Notes under the pieces: generated by a model
Databases searched by the model: none
Told to the model about the DNA's origin: nothing
What the model saw: only the letters and a program-made list of their open reading frames with translations
Shown: in pieces, positions 17,526 through 25,833 of the stretch
Layout: the number at the start of each line of letters is the position of its first letter
Numbering within the stretch: position 1 is the stretch's first letter
Virus record (IMG/VR): IMGVR_UViG_3300048891_000021
Location: 1-39,295 of that record
Source: a virus
Taxonomy: Duplodnaviria; Caudoviricetes
Length of the DNA stretch: 39,295 nucleotides
Reading direction: 5' to 3' (one strand)
Position numbers and translations under genes: made by a program

Positions 17526-18136
17526 AGATATTTATCTACTTGTTCAAAATACGGCGTTAAATCGTAGCGGGAAATGTGCTGTGGATAAACCCATGTGTAC
17601 GGAATCTCCTCGATTGGATTGCAGAAAATGTATTCAACCATTTTGCCTAGATGCTCAACCAATGGCTTCGGATCAGACAGATGCTCCAAAACATCTAGGA
17701 CAATAATTGCATCATATCTCTTTGCGCGTGGAAGGCCCGTGTCACTAACACGATTCACCTTCAAATCACGTTTTCCAAAGCGCCATTCAGCGTACTTGGA
17801 CATCTCACCTTCCAAGTCTAGATAATCACACTCGGCCCCTCCCTCGTACGCTTGGATTGTCCAATCGCCATTCCCGCCTCCAAAATCCAGCATGGTTTTG
17901 AATCCCATCTCCTTCACCTTGTCTCGGAACCATTTATGCGTTCCGCGTTGCTCTAAAATGTCGTGGTAGTTAGCCAGATCGAACAAATATAAATCCGATT
18001 CTTGGTAGAACTTGATTGGGTCATCTTTGTATTCCGGCCACTTCCAAGCCAATTCAAGGAAGGCGTACTTGCATCGTTCCGTTACCGCTTCTAAAGGTCG
18101 TCCAAGATACTCCGCTAATTCGGCTTGTGGGGTCAT
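17495..18136 (-). CDS. Class I SAM-dependent methyltransferase
   Basis: MLDFGGGNG, YLD, YDAIIVLDVLEHLSDP. Confidence 0.88.
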   Translation of the reverse strand: MTPQAELAEYLGRPLEAVTERCKYAFLELAWKWPEYKDDPIKFYQESDLYLFDLANYHDILEQRGTHKWFRDKVKEMGFKTMLDFGGGNGDWTIQAYEGGAECDYLDLEGEMSKYAEWRFGKRDLKVNRVSDTGLPRAKRYDAIIVLDVLEHLSDPKPLVEHLGKMVEYIFCNPIEEIPYTWVYPQHISRYDLTPYFEQVDKYLWKSRSFPAS

Positions 18137-18148
18137 ATGTCCATCAGT

Positions 18149-18823
18149 CTATCCATGCAGGAAGCGGGAATCAAGCAAGTTGAAGAACCCGATGTAGCTC
18201 GGATAGGTAGAAGCTGGGGCAAGTGAGGCTACAGCCATGGCCATATTATCGCCTCCCGCGTGTGAATCGTGAAAAGAGAGACTGAATGATCCTGCCGGAG
18301 TTTTAGCTCCATTACTGTCATAGCCAGCGACACCATTCGCTCCGTTAGAGCGCATTGTAGTGCCAGTATTAGCACTTTGCGCGGTGAAAGATGAGCCTCC
18401 AACACCAACAAGCCAACAATTATTAGCAATCGTGGTAAGGGATACGGTCAGGTCACTGATACCTGTACCACTACCCGTATTGGTAGCGTCTGGGATGCCT
18501 GTCTGGGCAACACCCGTATACGACATTGCAGCCGCGACGCTACCACTAAATGTACCGGAGCAGGAAATTGAAACAGATGCAACTCCGGTCAACCCTGGAT
18601 ACCAATACATGTAATTCCATCGGTCTGACGGAGTCCTGATTTTACTAAGCAATGTCATATTATTTCCCGCAGCTGTGACCGTGGTCACATCATCCGTCCC
18701 ATTCCCATTAAATATCAAGATCAAAGCACTATTCGGCCCCGAAATCGAGTGAGTATTAAACGAATAACTGCTTCCAGTCGAGACTACTGCATTATTCGTT
18801 ACGTTATCGAATGCGATAGCCAT
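18149..18823 (-). CDS. Virion structural protein (beta-rich)
   Basis: MAIAFD N-terminus, S/T/G-rich, AMSYTGVAQ; located in the fibre module. Confidence 0.7.
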   Translation of the reverse strand: MAIAFDNVTNNAVVSTGSSYSFNTHSISGPNSALILIFNGNGTDDVTTVTAAGNNMTLLSKIRTPSDRWNYMYWYPGLTGVASVSISCSGTFSGSVAAAMSYTGVAQTGIPDATNTGSGTGISDLTVSLTTIANNCWLVGVGGSSFTAQSANTGTTMRSNGANGVAGYDSNGAKTPAGSFSLSFHDSHAGGDNMAMAVASLAPASTYPSYIGFFNLLDSRFLHG

Positions 18824-18825
18824 AA

Positions 18826-20187
18826 TTAGAATCCAAAGTTCTTAGCGAGAAGGTTCCATGTAGAAGAAGTGCTGTTCCATTCAAACAGCATGTAGTCGGT
18901 TTTGCTTGATCCTGTGGTTGCCGCCGGAAGCGGAGTCAGATCCGATGAAGCAAGATACTGCGTGTCGTAAGTCAATGCGCGCGTGGTCGTAGACGTGATG
19001 CGGATTTCCAACATCTGCCCATTTACCGGAGAGCCGGACGGATTAATGAATTGTGTCGCTTGTGAAAGCGTGGCCAAAATACCTTCATCGGTAGTACCGG
19101 CATTCGGCGTAACCGTGGACGCATCTGTAAGAGACACGACACGTTTAGCGGGCGTGGTTCCAGTATAGCCTGTATAGCCCGTCGTTCCCGTGTACCCAGT
19201 AAATCCGGTGGGACCTATTGGACCAATAGGGCCTGTGTAGCCCGTATATCCGGTGTAACCCGTGAAGTTGCCAGGGCCGGTATAGCCAGTAAACCCTGTC
19301 GGACCAGTCGCTCCGGTCGGACCAATCGGTCCTGTGAAGCCAGTCGGACCCGTATAGCCGGTAAAGTTCCCAGGACCGGTAAAACCTGTATAGCCAGTCG
19401 CACCAGTGAATCCAGTAAAGCCTGTAGTACCCTGTGGGCCGGTATAACCGGTATAGCCGGTTACGGATGGTCCGGTGTATCCCGTGAATCCAGTAGGCCC
19501 TGTGGCACCCGTATAGCCCGTATAACCGGTTGGTCCGGTGATACTGGAGCCTGATGCCGAAATAGTCACTTTACCCAAACCTTCAGCAGCCGGAGCTTCA
19601 GAGGAGATAGTGATACCAGAACCCGCCACGATTTGCGTTACACCTGCACCGTGATAGCGCTGGTCAATGATTTTCTTTGAGGGGTATAAAAGTTTCTGTC
19701 CGTTTTTCAAATCCACTACATCCAGCATCTTCTCCTTACGGATAACATCCGCCACCTCCTGCGGAGAAGCGCCTTTAACGTATTCTACGGACAAGCGGTC
19801 CTCTCCTTTCAAGGAATGAAGCCGATCTCGAATGTCCTGCGGTTTCAGTTGCGTACCATCTCGTCCAGGACGGCCCTCTTTTCCTATCGGACCCATAGGT
19901 CCCATTGGACCTTCAGGACCGTCTTTTCCGTCCATACCGTGCCTGCCATCGACTCCATTCATGCCACGCGGACCGATTGCGCCGGCAGGTCCCATCCCTC
20001 CAGGCTGACCAGCCTCTCCCTTAAGCTGTTCCAGTTTTGTTACATCCACGTTCCCTAGAACTTTATTGATAGTCTCATCGAACTTCCCCAGCTTCTCGGA
20101 AACGTCAGCCAGCTCATTAAAAATCCCGAAGGCTTTGTCCTTGAGATAATTGGCCGTCTTTTCTACGCGCTTGGGGTCTTTTGCCAC
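18826..20187 (-). CDS. Collagen-like fibre protein (GTG start)
   Basis: Two collagen tracts (charged G-P-M/G-X-D and G-Y/F/P-T) and a C-terminal fibre domain ending [17 protein letters not shown]. Confidence 0.88.
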   Translation of the reverse strand: MAKDPKRVEKTANYLKDKAFGIFNELADVSEKLGKFDETINKVLGNVDVTKLEQLKGEAGQPGGMGPAGAIGPRGMNGVDGRHGMDGKDGPEGPMGPMGPIGKEGRPGRDGTQLKPQDIRDRLHSLKGEDRLSVEYVKGASPQEVADVIRKEKMLDVVDLKNGQKLLYPSKKIIDQRYHGAGVTQIVAGSGITISSEAPAAEGLGKVTISASGSSITGPTGYTGYTGATGPTGFTGYTGPSVTGYTGYTGPQGTTGFTGFTGATGYTGFTGPGNFTGYTGPTGFTGPIGPTGATGPTGFTGYTGPGNFTGYTGYTGYTGPIGPIGPTGFTGYTGTTGYTGYTGTTPAKRVVSLTDASTVTPNAGTTDEGILATLSQATQFINPSGSPVNGQMLEIRITSTTTRALTYDTQYLASSDLTPLPAATTGSSKTDYMLFEWNSTSSTWNLLAKNFGF

Positions 20188-20191
20188 ATGA

Positions 20192-20305
20192 TTATTCGGT
20201 TAGAGTAGGGTCGCTCTTTAGTTTTTGAATAAGAAAGTCTATCTTTCGTTTCAAATCCTTGGCTTCTTTTAGCGCTTGGATGAATTCCTGCGTTAATTCT
20301 AGCAT
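20192..20305 (-). CDS. 37-aa helical peptide (absent from the ORF track)
   Basis: [37 protein letters not shown]; ends 4 nt before the fibre start. Confidence 0.55.
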   Translation of the reverse strand: MLELTQEFIQALKEAKDLKRKIDFLIQKLKSDPTLTE

Positions 20306-20317
20306 AGGGGTAGGGAG

Positions 20318-20346
20318 TTGACAGGATTGGTAGGTTATGCTAGGTT
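20318..20346 (+). promoter_or_regulatory. Sigma70 promoter antisense to the late operon
   Basis: TTGACA-17 nt-TAGGTT with TG extension. Confidence 0.65.
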
Positions 20347-20391
20347 AGGCGTATGGAGGTTACTTACTTATTCCGCTAACATTAGCTAAAT

Positions 20392-20562
20392 ATGATTGAA
20401 CTGCTCGGATTGCTAGGTCTGACGTTCTTTGTCTACATGGTCGTAAAAGTTTACGAGAAAGAGGGATTTGGCTCGGCTATCTGGTACGCATTCGTTTGCT
20501 TACTGATTGGCACCGCCATAAACTCGGCATTAAGCTTTGGAATGAAGTTGCTATGGAATTAA
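20392..20562 (+). CDS. 56-aa two-TM membrane protein (moron-like)
   Basis: MIELLGLLGLTFFVYMVVKVYEKEGFGSAIWYAFVCLLIGTAINSALSFGMKLLWN, downstream of the promoter. Confidence 0.7.
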   Translation: MIELLGLLGLTFFVYMVVKVYEKEGFGSAIWYAFVCLLIGTAINSALSFGMKLLWN

Positions 20563-22113
20563 TTTCCTAGCAGTTCCAACAGCCGAACCGCCTATCAAAG
20601 TGGCAGCAACACCAGGTCCGTACTTAGTTACGATCGGGTGTTTTTCGGCCCATTTTTGCGAACCTGTCTTTTTCGTTTCCGCCATAATTTCATCGGCACG
20701 CTTGTCTTCGAGGTTCTCCAATACCTTGTACTTGTTGGAAAACTTTTTCATCTTAGCCTTGAATTCAACTCCGGTCGTGTTCTCGTCGATGTGGTCATTG
20801 ATGGCCTGACGAACTTTACGGATAGCCGTATCACGGGCCTTGGAACTTTCGAAGGCAACGTCTCCGAACTGGTCTTTGACCATCTTGTCGATGTTCTTAC
20901 GGGCCTCCCAAAGATCACCCCACTTCCGACTAGGAGCCTTCTCGATCTCTTTCATGGCACCGTCAATGACGCGCTGGTAAATCTTTTCGTTATCACCAAC
21001 CAAGCCGGCAGGGATGTCGGTTTTTATCGCATTCAACTTCCCCTTGACCGTGTTCTTGTTCCACGAACCTTTCTGCTCGGACAAGGCCGTCTTCAATTCA
21101 TCAGCATCCGTTTTGATACTGGAATTCAATTTGCTGATGTTCGTAGCTAGCGGTTTTTTCGGATCGACCACGCCTTTAACGGCCGTTGCCATCTCCTGAT
21201 GTTCCGCTTGCGGTACGGCCACCGTGCGCTTGAACCCTGGTAAACCCTTCTCGGCAGTCGCTCCTTCACCGAGAGAAGCTAGATTACCAGCTTCAGACTT
21301 GGATAGTTTAGGCATGACATACTCGGCCAGATTCTGTTTGCCGGCACCTTTTACTGCCGACATGGCACCAGCGGCTTTTTCGGTGGCACCTTTAATTAAC
21401 TGCGGAGCTTTTTCCGTAGCTGTAGCTAAGCCTTTACCCATTGCCGTAGCACCCTCTTCAGCCAAGGCTGGGAGAGCCTTCGCCGCAGCAATACCACCTT
21501 CAGCCACAGGAACTAAGGTCGCCGTATTCCAAGCGTCTTCAACCGTGCGAGAAAGTTCAGGATGCTTTTCTTTCCAAGAATCGTATTTGTCTGTGGCACC
21601 AGAGGCCAAGTGACCCAAGCCCTCTTGGAGGACAGGCGACTTGAATGCGGTCTGCAGGTTTTTTACGGTCGGGCCTGTGAGCGGATTGGACTCGGCTGCT
21701 TTTATTACATTTTTGACGGCACCGCTTCGGTTGATAGCGGAACCGATTACATCGGTCACACCTTTTCCAATAGCACCCGTAGCGTGCAGACCAGCTTCTC
21801 CAGTTTGTTTGAGCAAGTTTCCAACATCCCCGATGTTTTGAATCGGCCTCGAGTCTGTAGGTGCCATCTGGAATGATTCGGACAATCCTTTGCCTACATT
21901 CCCGATAGCATTCCCGACATCACCCAAAAAAGAACCACCATCGCCGCTTGGAGCGGCGGGTGAAGCAGCCTTTGTAGGACTTACCAAAGCGCTCAAGCGC
22001 GTCATACGCGCTGCATGATCCACCGGTTGATTGGAACCCATACCACTCCCTTGAGAAGGGCCTTTCAGATACTTCTGTCGTGCAACTTGCACTTCTTCGG
22101 GGGAGAGAGACAT
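20551..22113 (-). CDS. Putative DNA ejection / internal virion protein
   Basis: 520 aa, Ala/Gly/Lys-rich and helical, hydrophobic C-terminus; follows the other ejection gene. Confidence 0.7.
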   Translation of the reverse strand: MSLSPEEVQVARQKYLKGPSQGSGMGSNQPVDHAARMTRLSALVSPTKAASPAAPSGDGGSFLGDVGNAIGNVGKGLSESFQMAPTDSRPIQNIGDVGNLLKQTGEAGLHATGAIGKGVTDVIGSAINRSGAVKNVIKAAESNPLTGPTVKNLQTAFKSPVLQEGLGHLASGATDKYDSWKEKHPELSRTVEDAWNTATLVPVAEGGIAAAKALPALAEEGATAMGKGLATATEKAPQLIKGATEKAAGAMSAVKGAGKQNLAEYVMPKLSKSEAGNLASLGEGATAEKGLPGFKRTVAVPQAEHQEMATAVKGVVDPKKPLATNISKLNSSIKTDADELKTALSEQKGSWNKNTVKGKLNAIKTDIPAGLVGDNEKIYQRVIDGAMKEIEKAPSRKWGDLWEARKNIDKMVKDQFGDVAFESSKARDTAIRKVRQAINDHIDENTTGVEFKAKMKKFSNKYKVLENLEDKRADEIMAETKKTGSQKWAEKHPIVTKYGPGVAATLIGGSAVGTARKLIP

Positions 22114-22114
22114 A

Positions 22115-24457
22115 TTAAGCGTTGTTATAGTTTTTCATTACATTTTTAACATACTGCGGGACCGAAACACCAGTCGCTAGATCGGTTCTAGTGTTTCCGG
22201 CCAATGGCTTACCGGACAACCATATCGCGGCCACATCTTCCGGTGTCCCGTATTTATCCAAGTGCTGTCCCATGAAGTAACGAGCGACCGCATCCTGCGC
22301 TTTCGTATCGTTTAGGAACTGTTGCGGAGTCATACTCTTGCCTAGAGCTTGTTTCGTCCATGAAGGAACGTTTTTCCCCATGACTTGATACTTCCCATAG
22401 GCACGGTCCCCTTCATACGCACCAGAAGGCATAACAGGACCGAGAGCCTTATAGTTACCACCGCTCTCATACTGTCCGATTGCGCCCATCAGCTTTTCAA
22501 GGTCCTGTGGGCCTTTTTCTGACGTGCCCAGGTCATTACTGAAATCCGATCCGTTTCCTCCACTGTCTCCTCCACTCTGTAGAACTTGAAGTATGTCATC
22601 ATCCTGCCAATTCGGGTTGTCATCACCCATCTTTTTAATGGCATCTAGCTCGGAAGGATTCGCACGAACGTAATCATCAAGGGATGTGTAATTTAATCTT
22701 CCTTCATCAAGGGCTTTTTTCATCGAAGGGTCCACTGCTGACCCAGCTTCACCAGCTAAGCCCTTCATCTTATTTAGACGGGCACGCGCTTTTTGATCTA
22801 TAGTCTCTTGGTCATCACCTGGTTGCGGGAAATACTGTTTTTCTGCATTAGTAAATTCTGACGTGGCAATAGCCGCTCCTGACTCTGGACGAAGTACCGC
22901 ATTCACGAAATCAAGTTCGGCCTGTCCGAGGCGTTGAGCTTCTGCGCTTTGCATAAATGTAGGTTTCCACAACTGCGCCGCGGCGCTTGTAGCGCTCACC
23001 GTCCCAGTTTTTCCGTCAAAAATACCAGGTGTCAGTGCGCTTATCGTAGCGCCAGAATCACTCGCACGGATAAGAAACCCATTCGCCTTCGATTGAGCTT
23101 CCGTAGGCGGTTTCGCATTTACCTTATTATTCAGGTAATCCGCATAAGAGCCAGGTTGCCCAGCTAGCTTCCATTCCTTGTAGGAAGCGGGCGTATCGGC
23201 ATTCTGCATCTTTTGGACATCCAACTGGTACTGACGCAAGTCGTTTTTTTGCTGATACGAAAACTTTGCGTTGTCTAACGCATTCTGGATGTTGTCCTGT
23301 TTTTGCTGCCAAGTAAATTTATCGGAATCCATCATGTTCTTGATGGCATCCTGTTTTTGCTGGTAGTCAAACTTATCCGAAGCCATCGCCTGATCGAAAG
23401 CTTGTTGCTTCTCCTTTTGATTATAATCGGCAATCTTCAACGTATTCGTAATACGGTCGTTTTCGGACTTTTGCGCCAACTCGGCCGCCTTATCCGCATG
23501 GTCCTGCACGGCCTTCATGATACCGGAAATCGTATCGGATTTTTCCTTGAGATAGCCGTTCAGCTTGTCATACTGGTCATTGATGAGTTTGTAGTTTCGA
23601 TCATCAAAACCTTGCTTTAACTGTGTCAAGGAATCCTGTGCCTTAGCTTCGATGTCGGCAATCTTGGAGATACCGGCCGAGATGGAGTTTTGAACCTCGC
23701 CTAGGGCCAATTCTGGGGCGTAGCGTGAGCGTCCAGAGGCTAATACCGCCTGATTAACGGCACCGGTATAGTTTTGATTAGCCAATTTCTGCGCTTCAAT
23801 CATGCGGTTGAATGTTGCCTTGGTTGCATCCACCTGGGCCTGCTGGTCTGCCGTCAAAGGAAAAGTTCCCTGACGGAGGGAGTCCATGTCCTGATTGTAC
23901 TTTGCGAAGGCATCATCCGTTTTCTTATTGATGTCATCCAACTGCGCTTGGTAGTCAGGCTGTCCGGTATCCGTTTGCGTACCCGCATCTTGCTCTGTGC
24001 CGGCGACATCAGGAATCGATTTCATCAACTCACCAGCAACATCCATGGCAGACGGAGCCTCTGGCTGTTGGGTTTCATCGGCGTTCGTTGCCGGCGCTTG
24101 CGCTGCGGCTGCAAGATTGGCCTTATTCGCTGATTGATCGGCCATGCCTTGGGTGAGCTGAGAAGCAAAGTCTTTCTTTTGAGCCAAGTCATTCAAGGCT
24201 TGTTTTGCACTAGAAACAACAAGCGGAGTCTCCTCACTTCCGCCAAACTGGTTCTTTACCTGCTCCGCCTGTTGCGCCGTCACCTGTCCGCTAAGACGGG
24301 CATTTTCCGCTGCCTGTGCGACAGGTGTCGCTTTTGCGATAGCCTGTTTCTGCATCGCCGCAATAGTTGAAGCGATGGTATTCGGGTCCGACGAAACAAT
24401 CCCCCCAGCAGAGGCCGGATTATTATTGTAGTTTGGCGTGGATGTGGGGGTTGCCAT
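22115..24457 (-). CDS. Ejection protein with C-terminal lysozyme/transglycosylase-like domain
   Basis: Q/A-rich coiled coil; C-terminal IGQYESGGNY..AYGKYQVM..W..QDAVA..YVKNV. Confidence 0.8.
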   Translation of the reverse strand: MATPTSTPNYNNNPASAGGIVSSDPNTIASTIAAMQKQAIAKATPVAQAAENARLSGQVTAQQAEQVKNQFGGSEETPLVVSSAKQALNDLAQKKDFASQLTQGMADQSANKANLAAAAQAPATNADETQQPEAPSAMDVAGELMKSIPDVAGTEQDAGTQTDTGQPDYQAQLDDINKKTDDAFAKYNQDMDSLRQGTFPLTADQQAQVDATKATFNRMIEAQKLANQNYTGAVNQAVLASGRSRYAPELALGEVQNSISAGISKIADIEAKAQDSLTQLKQGFDDRNYKLINDQYDKLNGYLKEKSDTISGIMKAVQDHADKAAELAQKSENDRITNTLKIADYNQKEKQQAFDQAMASDKFDYQQKQDAIKNMMDSDKFTWQQKQDNIQNALDNAKFSYQQKNDLRQYQLDVQKMQNADTPASYKEWKLAGQPGSYADYLNNKVNAKPPTEAQSKANGFLIRASDSGATISALTPGIFDGKTGTVSATSAAAQLWKPTFMQSAEAQRLGQAELDFVNAVLRPESGAAIATSEFTNAEKQYFPQPGDDQETIDQKARARLNKMKGLAGEAGSAVDPSMKKALDEGRLNYTSLDDYVRANPSELDAIKKMGDDNPNWQDDDILQVLQSGGDSGGNGSDFSNDLGTSEKGPQDLEKLMGAIGQYESGGNYKALGPVMPSGAYEGDRAYGKYQVMGKNVPSWTKQALGKSMTPQQFLNDTKAQDAVARYFMGQHLDKYGTPEDVAAIWLSGKPLAGNTRTDLATGVSVPQYVKNVMKNYNNA

Positions 24458-24458
24458 A

Positions 24459-25829
24459 TTAGACTAATTCGATGTCGTAGTGATCGAGCGTGATTGAATG
24501 GGTTGATCCAGCACCTCCATAGGTCACAGTGATAAGAAGGTTTAACGTGCTTGCGGCATTTTCAGAACCGGAACCGCCTGCGATTTGAATCGCATTGGTG
24601 AACAAAGCCGCATGGTCGTTAAAGGCCGTCATATCGGCCACCTGCGAAGAGGTGGTTCCAGCCTCTTGAAGAGTAAAGTCCACAAGCATTTTTGCTCCGT
24701 TAGAACTAAACGCCATCGCAGTCGATACGATTGTCGTAGAGCCATAGCGGATTCCAACCGTCCAAGTATCAGATGTAGTTGATACGTTGATGTTGTTGAA
24801 AAACAGATGGCCCTTGAAGACTCCTGTCGATCCGAGCGTGCCGCTAGGCACTGAAATCGTCAGGATATTTTGCGTTCCAGTAGAGTTGATGGTCGTCGCC
24901 GGCGCTGCTTTTGCGAAGGATGTAGCTACTCCCAATGATGTGGGCGTACTCCATTTGATTCCGTTCGCTTGAGAACTGTCTGCTGACAGGACCTGTCCAT
25001 CCGTTCCAACTCCTTGGCGGACGTTATTCACGCCATCGTTAGTAATCAAATCACCTTTCGTCGTAGTCGGAGACAATGCATCGAATCCAGTAGTCTTTGT
25101 CGTAGCTCCCGTACCTCCCTTCGAGATAGGGATGGTTGGAATGAACCCTTGAGCCAAAATTCCACCTGCTCCGAGTGTCGGAAGTTTGTTTGCATCAGGG
25201 GCACCGGACGACACCTGCACCAACTGGTCATTCGGAGGCACCAAACGCGCACCGGTCGAACCATTCGAGGTCCCAGCACCCATTTGCGCGTTCGTCGCGA
25301 TCTGGACGATACCCTTTGTGGTTTCATTCGCGTTCGGCGCACCGGATACGGCAACGTTATCCACATACACCTTATTGGCCGTATCCGTGTCATTTACAGG
25401 CTGGTTAACAATGGTCGGCGTGTCATCGAAGGTCCAGTGTCCAGTCACCGTCTCATCGTTGGCTACGTTAGCAAACTCGCTGTAGAAGCCGGAGGTATTC
25501 GAGATAACAAAACGCACTCCGCCGGCATGAATCTTCTGCAATCCGACCGTCTCGGTATACGGAGAAAGGAACTCTACATTTTTGACACCCGTAAGCGTCA
25601 CAGTTCCGTCTGCATTCAAAGAAATTCCGGTAAAACTCATTTGCTCCTCCTGCGTTTGGCTTCCTGGTTCCAACGTACCAAAGGCTTTCGTGCCTAAATC
25701 CGCCATCGTAAGCGCATTCCCATCAATATCGTTGAAGGAAGAAAGCGTGACCTCTACCGCTCCAAGAACCGTCCCAGACCCTGCAAGGGTGAACGGTTGA
25801 AGTTGAGCTGGTTTCCGTGTGTCTGCCAT
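24459..25829 (-). CDS. Tail fibre/needle protein
   Basis: ANKVYVD, ANETTKGIVQIAT, PISKGGTG, TTKGDL..VGTDGQVLSADS fibre motifs. Confidence 0.8.
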   Translation of the reverse strand: MADTRKPAQLQPFTLAGSGTVLGAVEVTLSSFNDIDGNALTMADLGTKAFGTLEPGSQTQEEQMSFTGISLNADGTVTLTGVKNVEFLSPYTETVGLQKIHAGGVRFVISNTSGFYSEFANVANDETVTGHWTFDDTPTIVNQPVNDTDTANKVYVDNVAVSGAPNANETTKGIVQIATNAQMGAGTSNGSTGARLVPPNDQLVQVSSGAPDANKLPTLGAGGILAQGFIPTIPISKGGTGATTKTTGFDALSPTTTKGDLITNDGVNNVRQGVGTDGQVLSADSSQANGIKWSTPTSLGVATSFAKAAPATTINSTGTQNILTISVPSGTLGSTGVFKGHLFFNNINVSTTSDTWTVGIRYGSTTIVSTAMAFSSNGAKMLVDFTLQEAGTTSSQVADMTAFNDHAALFTNAIQIAGGSGSENAASTLNLLITVTYGGAGSTHSITLDHYDIELV

Positions 25830-25833
25830 AAAT

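Noticed and set aside
13737-25829. Diversity-generating retroelement or invertase acting on fibre genes
   Set aside because: No reverse transcriptase, recombinase or template/variable repeat pair visible
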